DNA of 64,000 nt, taken from positions 246,760,001 through 246,824,000 of the forward strand of contig OZ024743.1 in the NCBI GenBank assembly GCA_964016885.1, given 5' to 3'. Position 1 is the stretch's first letter. Each line of letters starts with the position of its first letter. The notes below the pieces were generated by a model. The model did no database searches. It saw only the letters and a list, made by a program, of their open reading frames with translations, and was not told the origin of the DNA. Positions 1 to 15,000 of the stretch are shown here, one piece after another. The DNA is from Eledone cirrhosa (lineage: Eukaryota). Made by a program: the position numbers and the translations under genes.

Positions 1-3000
1 GTTAGACTAGGTCTATCAGTACTTATAGTTAGACTGTCACTAAAAAGTTGTGATAGACTGGTTGTGTATGTTTTAATGGTGGGAGTAGCTTTGTCAGTAA
101 TGGTAGTTTGACAGCCAATGTTGCATAACTAACCTTGTCATTTGTGACAATTAGACTGGCTCTGTCAGTTGTGATAATTAGACTGTTGTATCAGTTGTGA
201 TAGTTAGACTGGTTCTGTTAATTGGAATAGTTGGACAGCTCTGTCAGTTGTGATAGCTTGACGGGCTCCCAAAGTTGATAGTATGACATGCTGTCAGCCA
301 TGATAGTTAGGCTGGCTACATCAGTTATAATAGTTAGATTGGCTTTGTAAATTGTGAGAGTTAGACACACTGTCAGTTGTGACAGTTAGACACACTCTGT
401 CAGTTGTAATAGTTAGACGATCTCTGTCAGATGTGATAGTTAGACTAGCTTTGTCAGTTGTGGTAGTTAGACAGGTTCTATCAGTTGTGATAGTTAGACT
501 GTCTCTGTCAGTTGAGAGAGTTAGAATGTCTCTGTCAGTTGTGGTAGTTAGACTGTCAGTCAGTTATGATAGACTGTCCGTGTCAGTTGTGATAGTTAGA
601 CTGTCTTTGTCAGTTGTGAGTTAGACTGTCTGTCAGTTGTGGTAGTTAGACAGTCTCTGTCCATTGTGATAGTTAGACTGTCTCTGTCAGTCGTGGTAGT
701 TAGACTGTCAGTCAGTTCTGATAGACTGTCTGTGTCTGTCAGTTGTGAGAGTTAGACTCTCTCTGTCGGTTGTGATAGTTAGACTGTCTATTTCAATTGT
801 GGTAGTTAGACTGTCTCTGTCAGTTGTGATAGTTAGACTGTCTCTGTCAATTGTGATAGACTGTCAGTCAGTTGTGATAGTTAGACTGTCACTGTCAGTT
901 GTGACAGTTAGACTGTCTCTGTCAGTTGTGATACTTAGACTGTCTCTTTCAGTTGTGGTAGTTAGACTGTCTGTCAGTTGTGATAGTTAGACAGACTCTG
1001 TCAATTAAGGTAGTTAGACTGTCTCTGTCAGTGTGATAGTTAGATTGTCTGTCAGTTGTGCTACTTAGACTCTCTCTGTCAGTTGTGGTAGTTAGACTGT
1101 CTCTGTCAGTTGTGGTAGTTAGACTGCTGTCGTGTTAGACTGTCTCTGTCAGTTGTGATAGTTAGGCTGTCTCTGTGAGTTGTGGTAGTTAGACTGTCTC
1201 TGTGAGTTGTGGTAGTTAGACTGTATCTGTCATTTGTGATAGACTAGTTGTGAAAGTTAGACCAGCTCTGTCAGTTGTGATAGCTTGACGGGCTCCCAAA
1301 GTTGATAGTATGACATGCTGTCAGCCTTGATAGTTAGGCTGGCTACATCAGTTATAATAGTTAGACTGGCTTTGTAAATTGTGAGAGTTAGACACACTCT
1401 GTCAGTTGTGACAGTTAGACACACTCTGTCAGTTGTGATAGTTAGACTAGCTATGTCAGTTGTGGTAGTTAGACTGTCTCTCTCAATTGTAATAGACTGT
1501 CAGTCAATTGTGATAGTTAGACTGTCTCTGTCAGTTGTGATAGTTAGACTGTCTCTGTCAGTTGTGATAGTTAGACTGTCTCTGTCAGTTGTGACAGTTA
1601 GACTATCTGTCAGTTGTGATAGTTAGACTGTCTCTGTCAATTTTAGTAGTTAGGCTGGCTCTGTCATTTGTGGCCGTTGGACTGTTTCTGTCATTTGTGG
1701 TCGTTAGACTGTCTCTGTCAGTTGTGGTAGTTAGAATGTCTCTGTCAGTTGTGGTAGTTAGAATGTCAGTCAGTTGTGATAGACAGACTATCTGTCAATT
1801 GTGGTAGCTAGACTGTCTCTGTCAGTTGTCGTAGTTAGACTGTCTCTGTCAGTTGTGACAGTTAGACTGTCTATGTAAGTTGTCATAGTTAGACTCTCTC
1901 TGTGTCAGTTGTGGTAGTTAGACTGTCAGTCAGTTGTGATAGACTAACTGTCAGTTGTGATAGTTAGACTGTTTCTGCCAGTTGTGGTAGACTGTCTCTG
2001 TCAGTTGTGGTAGACTGTCTCTGTCAATTGTTATAGTTAGACTGTTTCTGTCATTTGTAGTAGTTAGACTGTCTCAGTCAGTTGGGGTAGTTACACTGTC
2101 TCTGTCAGTTGTGTTAGACTGTCTCTGTCAGTTGTCATAGTTAGACTGGCTCTGTCAGTTGTGATAGTTAAATTGTCTCTGTCAGTTGTAGTAGTTAGAC
2201 TGTCTCTGTGAGTTGTGGTAGTTAGACTGTCTCTGTCAGTTGAGAGAGTTAGACTGCCTCTGTCAGTTGTGATAGACTGTCTCTGTCAGTTGTGATAGTT
2301 AGACTGTCTCTGTCAGTTATGATAGACTATCTGTCAGTTGATAGTTAGACTGTCTGTGTCAGTTGTGATAGTTAGACTGTCTCTGTGAGTTGTGATAGAC
2401 TGTCTCTGTCAGTTGTGATAGACTGTCTGTCAGTTGATAGTTAGACTCTGTTAGCTGTGGTAGTTAGACTGGCTCTGTCAGTTGTAATAGTTAGACTGTC
2501 TCTGTCAGTTGTGATAGTTAGACTGTCTCTGTCAGTTGTGATATTTAGACTGTCTGTCAGTTGTGCTAGTTAGACTCTCTCTGTCAGTTGTGGTAGTTAG
2601 ACTCTCTGTCAGTTGTGATAGTTAGGCAGACTCTGTCAATTGTGGTAGTTAGACTGTCTCTGTCAGTTGTGATAGTTAGACTGTCTCTTTCAGTTGTGAC
2701 AGTTAGACTGGCTCTGTCAGTTGTGCTAGTTAGACTGTCTCTGTCAGTTGAGAGAGTTAGACTGTCTCTGTCAGTTGTGGTAGTTAGACTGTCAGTCAGT
2801 TGTGATAGTTAGACAGACTCTGTCAATTGAGGTAGTTAGAGTGTCTCTGTCAGTTGTGATATTTAGACTGTCTCTGTCAGTTGTGATATTTAGACTGTCT
2901 CTGTCAGTTGTGGTAGTTAGACTGTCTCTGCCAGTTGTGGTAGTTTGACTGCTTTGTTGTGTTAGACTGTCTCTGTCAGTTGTGATAGTTAGACTGCTGT

Positions 3001-6000
3001 CATGTTAGACTGTCTCTGTCAGTTGTGATAGTTAGACTGTCTCTGTCCGTTGTGGTAGTTAGAATGTCTCTGTCAGTTGTGGTAGTTAGACTGTATGTCA
3101 TTTGTGATAGACTAGTTGTGAAAGTTAGACTAGCTCTGTCAATGGTGATAATTCGACAAACTCTGTCAGATGTGACAGTTAGACTGCCTTCATTGGCTGT
3201 GCTAATTAGACTGGCCCTGTCAGTTGTTATAGTTAGACAAGCTCTGTCAGTTGTGATTGTTAGACTAGGTCTATCAGTACTTATAGTTAGACTGTCCCCA
3301 AAAGGTTGTGATAGACTGGTTGTGTATGTTCAATGGTGGGAGTAGCTTTGTTAGTAATGGTAGTTTGACAGCCAATGTTGCATAACTAACATTGTCATTT
3401 GTGACAATTAGACCGTTGTGACAATTAGACTGGCTCTGTCAGTTGTGATAATTAGACTGTCTCTGTCAGTAGTGATAGTTAGACTGTTTCTGTCATTTGT
3501 GATAGTTAGACTGTCTCGGTCAGTAGTGATAGTTAGATTGTTTCTGTCATTTGTGATAGTTAGACTGTCTTTTTCAATCGTGGTAGTTAGACTGTCTCGG
3601 TCAGTTGTGATAGTTAGAGTGTCTGTCAGCTGTGATAGTTAGACTGACTCTGTCAGCTGTGATAGACTGTCTGTAAGTTGTGATAGTTAGACTGTCTGTC
3701 AGTTGTGATAGTTAGACTATGTGTCAGTTGTGATAGTTAGACTGTCTCTGTCAGTAGTGATAGTTAGACTGTCTCTTTCAGTTGTGGTAGTTAGACAGTC
3801 TCAGTCAGTTGTGATAGTTAGACTGGCTTTGTTAGTTGTCGTAGTTAGACTGGCTTTGTCAGTTGTCGTAGTTAGACTGGCTCTGTCAGTTGTGACAGTA
3901 GACTGTCTCTGTCAGTTGAGATAGTTAGACTGTCTCTGTCAGTTGTGATATTTAGACTGTCTCTGTCAGTTGTGATATTTAGACTGTCTCTGTCAGTTGT
4001 GATAGTTAGACTGTATCTGTCAGTTGTGGTAGTTAGACTGTCTCTGTCAGTTGTGGTAGTAGACTGTCAGTCAGTTGTGGTAGTTAGACTGTTTCTGTCA
4101 GTTGTGGTAGACTGTCTCTGTCAGTTGTGGTAGACTGTCTCTGTCAATTGTTATAGACTGTCAGTCAATTGTTATAGTTAGACTGTCTCTGTCAGTTGTG
4201 GTAGTTAGTCTGTCAGTCAGTTGTGATAGTTAGACTGTCTCTGAGCTGTGATAGACTGTCTCCATCAGTTGTGTTAGTTAGACTGTCTCTGTCAGTAGTG
4301 ATAGTTAGACTGTTTCTGTCATTTGTGATAGTTAGACTGTCTCTTTCAATCGTGGTAGTTAGACTGTCTCGGTCAGTTGTGATAGTTAGAGTGTCTGTCA
4401 GCTGTGATAGTTAGACTGACTCTGTCAGCTGTGATAGACTGTCTGTAAGTTGTGATAGTTAGACTGGCTCTATCAGTTGTGATAGTTAGACTGTCTGTCA
4501 GTTGTGGTAGTTATACTATGTGTCAGTTGTGATAGTTAGACTGTCTCTGTCAGTAGTGATAGTTAGACTGTTTCTGTCATTTGTGATAGTTAGACTGTCT
4601 CTTTCAGTTGTGGTAGTTAGACAGTCTCAGTCAGTTGTGATAGTTAGACTGGCTTTGTTAGTTGTCGTAGTTAGACTGGCTTTGTCAGTTGTCGTAGTTA
4701 GACTGGCTCTGTCAGTTGTGACAGTAGACTGTCTCTGTCAGTTGAGATAGTTAGACTGTCTCTGTCAGTAGTGATATTTAGACTGTCTGTCAGTTGTGAT
4801 ATTTAGACTGTCTCTGTCAGTTGTGATAGTTAGACTGTATCTGTCAGTTGTGATAGTTAGACTGTATCTGTCAGTTGTGGTAGTTAGACTGTCTCTGTCA
4901 GTTGTGACAGTTACACTGTTTGTCAGTTGTGATAGTTAGACTGTCTCTGTCAATTTTAGTAGTTAGACTGGCTCTGTAATTTGTGGCACTTAGACTGTTT
5001 CTGTCAGTTGTGGTAGTTAGAATGTCTGTCAGTTGTGGTAGTTAGAATGTCTGTCAGTTGTGGTAGTTAGAATATCAGTCAGTTGTGATAGACTGCCTCT
5101 GTCGATTGTGATAGTTAGACTCTGTCAATTGTGGTAGCTAGACTGTCTCAGTCAGTTGTCGTAGCTAGACTGTCTGTCAGTTGTGACAGTTAGACTGTCT
5201 ATGTCAGTTGTGATAGTTAGACTCTCTCTGTCAGTTGTGGTAGTTAGACTGTCAGTCAGTTGTGATAGTTAGACTGTTTCTGTGAGTTGTGGTAGACTGT
5301 CTCTGTCAATTGTTATAGACTGTCAGTCAATTGTTATAGTTAGACTGTTTCTGTCATTTGTAGTAGTTAGATTGTCTCAGTCAGTTGGGGTAGTTACACT
5401 GTCTCTGTCAGTTGTGGTAGTTAGACTGTCAGTCAGTTGTGATAGTTAGACTGTCTCTGAGTTGTGATAGACTGTCTCTATCAGTTGTGTTAGTTAGACT
5501 GTGTCTGTCAGTTGTCATAGTTAGACTGTCTCTGTCAGTTGTGTGAGACGGTCTCTGTCAGTTGTGCTAGTTAGACTGTCAGACAGTTGTGATAGTTAGA
5601 TTGTCTCTGTCAGTTGTAGTAGTTAGCCTGTCTCTGTCAGTTGTGGTAGTTAGACTGTCTGTCAGTTGTGATAGTTAGACTGTCCCTTTCAGTTGAGACA
5701 GTTAGTCTGTCTCTTTCAGTTGAGACAGTTAGACTGTCTCTGTCAGTTGTGATAGTTAGACTGTCTCTGTCAGGTGAGAGAATTAGACTGTCTCTGTCAG
5801 TAGTGACATTTAGATTGTCTCTGTCAGTGGTGATAGTTAGACTGTCTCTGTCAGTTGTGATAGTCAGACTGGCTCTGTCAGTTGTGGTAGTTAGACTGTC
5901 TCTGTGAGTTGTGATAGACAATCTCTGTCAGTTGTGATAGACTGTATGTGTCAGTTGTGGTAGTTAATCTCTCTGTTAGTTGTGGTAGTTAGACTGGCCT

Positions 6001-9000
6001 GTCAGTTGTGATGGTTAGACTCTGTGAGTTGTGATAGTTAGACTGTCTCTGTCAATTGTGATAGACTGTCAGACAGTTGTGGTAGGTAGACTGTCTGTCA
6101 GTTGTGGTAGTTAGACTGTCTCTGTCAGTTGTGATAGTTAGACAGTCTCAGTCAGTTGTGATAGTTAGACTGGCTTTGTCAGTTGTCGTAGTTAGACTGG
6201 CTCTGTCAGTTGTGACAGTAGACTGTCTCTGTCAGTTGAGATAGTTAGACTGTATCTGTCAGTTGTGATAGTTAGACTGTCTCTGTCAGTTGTGGTAGTA
6301 AGACTGTCAGTCAGTTGTGGTAGTTAGACTGTCTGTGTCAGTTGTGATAGTTAGACTGTCTCTGTCAGTTGTGGTAGTTAGCTTGCTCTGTCAGTTGTGG
6401 TAGTTAGGCTGTCTCTGTCAGTTGTGGTAGTTAGACTCCTCTGTTGTGCTAGATTGTTTGTCAGTTGTGGTAGTTAGACTGACCTGTCGTGTTAAACTGT
6501 CTCTGTCAGTTGTGATAGTTAGACTGTCTGTGTGAGTTGTGGTAGTTAGACTGTCTCTGTCAGTTGTGATAATTAGACTGTCTCTGTGAGTTATGATAGA
6601 CTGTCAGTCAGTTGTGTTAGTTAGACTGGCTCTGCCAGTTGTGATAGTCAGATTGTTTCTGTCAGTTGTGGTAATTAGACTCTTTGTCAGTTTTGGTAGT
6701 TAGTCTGGCTCTGTCAGTTGTGATAGTTAGAATGTATCTGTAATTTGTGATAGACTAGTTGTGAAAGTTAGACTAGCTCTGTCAATTGTGATAATTCGAC
6801 AAACTCTGTCAGATGTGACAGTTAGACTGCCTTTGTTGGTTGTGCTAGTTAGACTGGCCCTGTCAGTTGTTATAGTTACACAAGCTCTGTCAGTTGTGAT
6901 TGTTAGACTAGGTCTATCAGTACTTATAGTTAGACTGTCCCCAAAAGGTTGTGATAGACTGGTTGTGTATGTTTTAATGGTGGGAGTAGCTTTGTCAGTA
7001 ATGGTAGTTTGACAGCCAATGTTGCATAACTAACCTTGTCATTTGTGACAATTAGACCATTATGCCAATTAGACTGGCTCTGTCAGTTGTGATAATTAGA
7101 CTGTTGTATCAGTTGTGATAGCTTGACGGGCTCCCAAAGTTGATAGTATGACATGCTGTCAGCCATGATAGTTAGGCTGGCTACATCAGTTATAATAGTT
7201 AGACTGGCTTTGTAAATTGTGAGAATTAGACACACTGTCAGTGGTGACAGTTAGACACACTCTGTCAGTTGTAATAGTTAGACGATCTCTGTCAGTTGTG
7301 ATAGTTAGACTAGCTATGTCAGTTGTGGTAGTTAGACAGGTTCTATCAGTTGTGATAGTTAGACTGTCTCTGTCAGTTGTGATAGTTAGCCTGTCTTTGT
7401 CAGTTGTGGTAGTTAGACTGTCAGTCAGTTATGATAGACTGTCCGTGTCAGTTGTGATAGTTAGACTGTCTTTGTCAGTTGTGAGTTAGACTGTCTGTCA
7501 GTTGTGGTAGTTAGACAGTCTCTGTCCATTGTGATAGTTAGACTGTCTCTGTCAGTCGTGGTAGTGAGACAAGCTTTGTCAGTTGTAACAGACTGTCAGT
7601 CAGTTGTTAGTTAGACCGTTTCTGTCAGTTGTGGTAGACTGTCTCTGTCAGTTGTGATAGTTAGACTGGCTTTGTCAGTTGTGGTAGTTCGACTGGCTCT
7701 GTCAGTTGTGGTAGTTAGACTGTCTCTGTCAGTTGTGATAGTTAGACTGTCTCTGTCAGTTGTGGTAGTTAGACTGTCAGTCAGTTGTGTAGTTAGACTG
7801 TCTCTGTCAGTTGTGGTAGTTAGACTGCTCTGTCATGTTAGACAGTCTCTCTCAGTTGTGGTAGTAAGACTGTCTCTGTCAGTTGCGGTAGTTAGACTGT
7901 CAGTCAATTGTGGTAGTTAGACGAGCTTTGTCAGTTGTGGTAGTTCGACTGGCTCTGTCAGTTGTGGTAGTTAGACTGTCTCTGTCAGTTGTGATAGTTA
8001 GACTGTCTCTGTCAGTTGTGGTAGTTAGACTGTCAGTCAGTTGTGTAGTTAGACTGTCTCTGCCAGTTGTGGTAGTTAGACTGTCAGTCAGTTGTGGTAG
8101 TTAGACTGGCTCTATCAGTTGTAATAGTTAGACTGTCTCTGTCAGATGTGGTAGTTAAAACGTCTTTGGCAGTTGTGGTAATTAGACTGTCTCTCAGTTG
8201 TGGTAGTTAGACTGTCAGTCATTTGTGGTAGTTAGACTGTCTCTGTCAGTTGTGGTAGTTAGACTGTCGCTGTCAGTTGTGGTAGTTAGACTGTCTCTGC
8301 CAGTTGTGGTAGTTTGACTGCTTTGTTGTGTTAGACTGTCTCTGTCAGTTGTGATAGTTAGACTGCTGTCATGTTAGACTGTCTCTGTCAGTTGTGATAG
8401 TTAGACTGTCTCTGTCCGTTGTGGTAGTTAGAATGTCTCTGTCAGTTGTGGTAGTTAGACTGTATGTCATTTGTGATAGACTAGTTGTGAAAGTTAGACT
8501 AGCTCTGTCAATGGTGATAATTCGACAAACTCTGTCAGATGTGACAGTTAGACTGCCTTCATTGGCTGTGCTAATTAGACTGGCCCTGTCAGTTGTTATA
8601 GTTAGACAAGCTCTGTCAGTTGTGATTGTTAGACTAGGTCTATCAGTACTTATAGTTAGACTGTCCCCAAAAGGTTGTGATAGACTGGTTGTGTATGTTC
8701 AATGGTGGGAGTAGCTTTGTTAGTAATGGTAGTTTGACAGCCAATGTTGCATAACTAACATTGTCATTTGTGACAATTAGACCGTTGTGACAATTAGACT
8801 GGCTCTGTCAGTTGTGATAATTAGACTGTCTCTGTCAGTAGTGATAGTTAGACTGTTTCTGTCATTTGTGATAGTTAGACTGTCTCGGTCAGTAGTGATA
8901 GTTAGATTGTTTCTGTCATTTGTGATAGTTAGACTGTCTTTTTCAATCGTGGTAGTTAGACTGTCTCGGTCAGTTGTGATAGTTAGAGTGTCTGTCAGCT

Positions 9001-12000
9001 GTGATAGTTAGACTGACTCTGTCAGCTGTGATAGACTGTCTGTAAGTTGTGATAGTTAGACTGTCTGTCAGTTGTGATAGTTAGACTATGTGTCAGTTGT
9101 GATAGTTAGACTGTCTCTGTCAGTAGTGATAGTTAGACTGTCTCTTTCAGTTGTGGTAGTTAGACAGTCTCAGTCAGTTGTGATAGTTAGACTGGCTTTG
9201 TTAGTTGTCGTAGTTAGACTGGCTTTGTCAGTTGTCGTAGTTAGACTGGCTCTGTCAGTTGTGACAGTAGACTGTCTCTGTCAGTTGAGATAGTTAGACT
9301 GTCTCTGTCAGTTGTGATATTTAGACTGTCTCTGTCAGTTGTGATATTTAGACTGTCTCTGTCAGTTGTGATAGTTAGACTGTATCTGTCAGTTGTGATA
9401 GTTAGACTGTATCTGTCAGTTGTGGTAGTTAGACTGTCTCTGTCAGTTGTGGTAGTAGACTGTCAGTCAGTTGTGGTAGTTAGACTGTTTCTGTCAGTTG
9501 TGGTAGACTGTCTCTGTCAGTTGTGGTAGACTGTCTCTGTCAATTGTTATAGACTGTCAGTCAATTGTTATAGTTAGACTGTCTCTGTCAGTTGTGGTAG
9601 TTAGTCTGTCAGTCAGTTGTGATAGTTAGACTGTCTCTGAGCTGTGATAGACTGTCTCCATCAGTTGTGTTAGTTAGACTGTCTCTGTCAGTAGTGATAG
9701 TTAGACTGTTTCTGTCATTTGTGATAGTTAGACTGTCTCTTTCAATCGTGGTAGTTAGACTGTCTCGGTCAGTTGTGATAGTTAGAGTGTCTGTCAGCTG
9801 TGATAGTTAGACTGACTCTGTCAGCTGTGATAGACTGTCTGTAAGTTGTGATAGTTAGACTGGCTCTATCAGTTGTGATAGTTAGACTGTCTGTCAGTTG
9901 TGGTAGTTATACTATGTGTCAGTTGTGATAGTTAGACTGTCTCTGTCAGTAGTGATAGTTAGACTGTTTCTGTCATTTGTGATAGTTAGACTGTCTCTTT
10001 CAGTTGTGGTAGTTAGACAGTCTCAGTCAGTTGTGATAGTTAGACTGGCTTTGTTAGTTGTCGTAGTTAGACTGGCTTTGTCAGTTGTCGTAGTTAGACT
10101 GGCTCTGTCAGTTGTGACAGTAGACTGTCTCTGTCAGTTGAGATAGTTAGACTGTCTCTGTCAGTAGTGATATTTAGACTGTCTGTCAGTTGTGATATTT
10201 AGACTGTCTCTGTCAGTTGTGATAGTTAGACTGTATCTGTCAGTTGTGATAGTTAGACTGTATCTGTCAGTTGTGGTAGTTAGACTGTCTCTGTCAGTTG
10301 TGATAGACTGTCTCTGTCAGTTGTGACAGTTACACTGTTTGTCAGTTGTGATAGTTAGACTGTCTCTGTCAATTTTAGTAGTTAGACTGGCTCTGTAATT
10401 TGTGGCACTTAGACTGTTTCTGTCAGTTGTGGTAGTTAGAATGTCTGTCAGTTGTGGTAGTTAGAATGTCTGTCAGTTGTGGTAGTTAGAATATCAGTCA
10501 GTTGTGATAGACTGCCTCTGTCGATTGTGATAGTTAGACTCTGTCAATTGTGGTAGCTAGACTGTCTCAGTCAGTTGTCGTAGCTAGACTGTCTGTCAGT
10601 TGTGACAGTTAGACTGTCTATGTCAGTTGTGATAGTTAGACTCTCTCTGTCAGTTGTGGTAGTTAGACTGTCAGTCAGTTGTGATAGTTAGACTGTTTCT
10701 GTGAGTTGTGGTAGACTGTCTCTGTCAATTGTTATAGACTGTCAGTCAATTGTTATAGTTAGACTGTTTCTGTCATTTGTAGTAGTTAGATTGTCTCAGT
10801 CAGTTGGGGTAGTTACACTGTCTCTGTCAGTTGTGGTAGTTAGACTGTCAGTCAGTTGTGATAGTTAGACTGTCTCTGAGTTGTGATAGACTGTCTCTAT
10901 CAGTTGTGTTAGTTAGACTGTGTCTGTCAGTTGTCATAGTTAGACTGTCTCTGTCAGTTGTGTGAGACGGTCTCTGTCAGTTGTGCTAGTTAGACTGTCA
11001 GACAGTTGTGATAGTTAGATTGTCTCTGTCAGTTGTAGTAGTTAGCCTGTCTCTGTCAGTTGTGGTAGTTAGACTGTCTGTCAGTTGTGATAGTTAGACT
11101 GTCCCTTTCAGTTGAGACAGTTAGTCTGTCTCTTTCAGTTGAGACAGTTAGACTGTCTCTGTCAGTTGTGATAGTTAGACTGTCTCTGTCAGGTGAGAGA
11201 ATTAGACTGTCTCTGTCAGTAGTGACATTTAGATTGTCTCTGTCAGTGGTGATAGTTAGACTGTCTCTGTCAGTTGTGATAGTCAGACTGGCTCTGTCAG
11301 TTGTGGTAGTTAGACTGTCTCTGTGAGTTGTGATAGACAATCTCTGTCAGTTGTGATAGACTGTATGTGTCAGTTGTGGTAGTTAATCTCTCTGTTAGTT
11401 GTGGTAGTTAGACTGGCCTGTCAGTTGTGATGGTTAGACTCTGTGAGTTGTGATAGTTAGACTGTCTCTGTCAATTGTGATAGACTGTCAGACAGTTGTG
11501 GTAGGTAGACTGTCTGTCAGTTGTGGTAGTTAGACTGTCTCTGTCAGTTGTGATAGTTAGACAGTCTCAGTCAGTTGTGATAGTTAGACTGGCTTTGTCA
11601 GTTGTCGTAGTTAGACTGGCTCTGTCAGTTGTGACAGTAGACTGTCTCTGTCAGTTGAGATAGTTAGACTGTATCTGTCAGTTGTGATAGTTAGACTGTC
11701 TCTGTCAGTTGTGGTAGTAAGACTGTCAGTCAGTTGTGGTAGTTAGACTGTCTGTGTCAGTTGTGATAGTTAGACTGTCTCTGTCAGTTGTGGTAGTTAG
11801 CTTGCTCTGTCAGTTGTGGTAGTTAGGCTGTCTCTGTCAGTTGTGGTAGTTAGACTCCTCTGTTGTGCTAGATTGTTTGTCAGTTGTGGTAGTTAGACTG
11901 ACCTGTCGTGTTAAACTGTCTCTGTCAGTTGTGATAGTTAGACTGTCTGTGTGAGTTGTGGTAGTTAGACTGTCTCTGTCAGTTGTGATAATTAGACTGT

Positions 12001-15000
12001 CTCTGTGAGTTATGATAGACTGTCAGTCAGTTGTGTTAGTTAGACTGGCTCTGCCAGTTGTGATAGTCAGATTGTTTCTGTCAGTTGTGGTAATTAGACT
12101 CTTTGTCAGTTTTGGTAGTTAGTCTGGCTCTGTCAGTTGTGATAGTTAGAATGTATCTGTAATTTGTGATAGACTAGTTGTGAAAGTTAGACTAGCTCTG
12201 TCAATTGTGATAATTCGACAAACTCTGTCAGATGTGACAGTTAGACTGCCTTTGTTGGTTGTGCTAGTTAGACTGGCCCTGTCAGTTGTTATAGTTACAC
12301 AAGCTCTGTCAGTTGTGATTGTTAGACTAGGTCTATCAGTACTTATAGTTAGACTGTCCCCAAAAGGTTGTGATAGACTGGTTGTGTATGTTTTAATGGT
12401 GGGAGTAGCTTTGTCAGTAATGGTAGTTTGACAGCCAATGTTGCATAACTAACCTTGTCATTTGTGACAATTAGACCATTATGCCAATTAGACTGGCTCT
12501 GTCAGTTGTGATAATTAGACTGTTGTATCAGTTGTGATAGCTTGACGGGCTCCCAAAGTTGATAGTATGACATGCTGTCAGCCATGATAGTTAGGCTGGC
12601 TACATCAGTTATAATAGTTAGACTGGCTTTGTAAATTGTGAGAATTAGACACACTGTCAGTGGTGACAGTTAGACACACTCTGTCAGTTGTAATAGTTAG
12701 ACGATCTCTGTCAGTTGTGATAGTTAGACTAGCTATGTCAGTTGTGGTAGTTAGACAGGTTCTATCAGTTGTGATAGTTAGACTGTCTCTGTCAGTTGTG
12801 ATAGTTAGCCTGTCTTTGTCAGTTGTGGTAGTTAGACTGTCAGTCAGTTATGATAGACTGTCCGTGTCAGTTGTGATAGTTAGACTGTCTTTGTCAGTTG
12901 TGAGTTAGACTGTCTGTCAGTTGTGGTAGTTAGACAGTCTCTGTCCATTGTGATAGTTAGACTGTCTCTGTCAGTCGTGGTAGTGAGACAAGCTTTGTCA
13001 GTTGTAACAGACTGTCAGTCAGTTGTTAGTTAGACCGTTTCTGTCAGTTGTGGTAGACTGTCTCTGTCAGTTGTGATAGTTAGACTGGCTTTGTCAGTTG
13101 TGGTAGTTCGACTGGCTCTGTCAGTTGTGGTAGTTAGACTGTCTCTGTCAGTTGTGATAGTTAGACTGTCTCTGTCAGTTGTGGTAGTTAGACTGTCAGT
13201 CAGTTGTGTAGTTAGACTGTCTCTGTCAGTTGTGGTAGTTAGACTGCTCTGTCATGTTAGACAGTCTCTCTCAGTTGTGGTAGTAAGACTGTCTCTGTCA
13301 GTTGCGGTAGTTAGACTGTCAGTCAATTGTGGTAGTTAGACGAGCTTTGTCAGTTGTGGTAGTTCGACTGGCTCTGTCAGTTGTGGTAGTTAGACTGTCT
13401 CTGTCAGTTGTGATAGTTAGACTGTCTCTGTCAGTTGTGGTAGTTAGACTGTCAGTCAGTTGTGTAGTTAGACTGTCTCTGCCAGTTGTGGTAGTTAGAC
13501 TGTCAGTCAGTTGTGGTAGTTAGACTGGCTCTATCAGTTGTAATAGTTAGACTGTCTCTGTCAGATGTGGTAGTTAAAACGTCTTTGGCAGTTGTGGTAA
13601 TTAGACTGTCTCTCAGTTGTGGTAGTTAGACTGTCAGTCATTTGTGGTAGTTAGACTGTCTCTGTCAGTTGTGGTAGTTAGACTGTCGCTGTCAGTTGTG
13701 GTAGTTACACTGCTGTCGTGTTAGACCGTCTCTGTAACTTGTGGCAGTTAGACTGACTCTGTCAGTTGTAGTAGTTAGACTGTCTGTCAGTTGTGATAGT
13801 TAGACTGTCTCTGTCAGTTGTAGTAGTTAGACTGTCTCTGTCATTTGTGATAGTTAGACTGTCTCGGTCAGTAGTGATAGTTAGATTGTTTCTGTCATTT
13901 GTGATAGTTAGACTGTCTTTTTCAATCGTGGTAGTTAGACTGTCTCGGTCAGTTGTGATAGTTAGAGTGTCTGTCAGCTGTGATAGTTAGACTGACTCTG
14001 TCAGCTGTGATAGACTGTCTGTAAGTTGTGATAGTTAGACTGTCTGTCAGTTGTGGTAGTTATACTATGTGTCAGTTGTGATAGTTAGACTGTCTCTGTC
14101 AGTAGTGATAGTTAGACTGTCTCTTTCAGTTGTGGTAGTTAGACAGTCTCAGTCAGTTGTGATAGTTAGACTGGCTTTGTTAGTTGTCGTAGTTAGACTG
14201 GCTTTGTCAGTTGTCGTAGTTAGACTGGCTCTGTCAGTTGTGACAGTAGACTGTCTCTGTCAGTTGAGATAGTTAGACTGTCTCTGTCAGTTGTGATATT
14301 TAGACTGTCTCTGTCAGTTGTGATATTTAGACTGTCTCTGTCAGTTGTGATAGTTAGACTGTATCTGTCAGTTGTGATAGTTAGACTGTATCTGTCAGTT
14401 GTGGTAGTTAGACTGTCTCTGTCAGTTGTGGTAGTAGACTGTCAGTCAGTTGTGGTAGTTAGACTGTTTCTGTCAGTTGTGGTAGACTGTCTCTGTCAGT
14501 TGTGGTAGACTGTCTCTGTCAATTGTTATAGACTGTCAGTCAATTGTTATAGTTAGACTGTCTCAGTCAGTTGGGGTAGTTACACTGTCTCTGTCAGTTG
14601 TGGTAGTTAGTCTGTCAGTCAGTTGTGATAGTTAGACTGTCTCTGAGCTGTGATAGACTGTCTCCATCAGTTGTGTTAGTTAGACTGTCTCTGTCAGTAG
14701 TGATAGTTAGACTGTTTCTGTCATTTGTGATAGTTAGACTGTCTCTTTCAATCGTGGTAGTTAGACTGTCTCGGTCAGTTGTGATAGTTAGAGTGTCTGT
14801 CAGCTGTGATAGTTAGACTGACTCTGTCAGCTGTGATAGACTGTCTGTAAGTTGTGATAGTTAGACTGGCTCTATCAGTTGTGATAGTTAGACTGTCTGT
14901 CAGTTGTGGTAGTTATACTATGTGTCAGTTGTGATAGTTAGACTGTCTCTGTCAGTAGTGATAGTTAGACTGTTTCTGTCATTTGTGATAGTTAGACTGT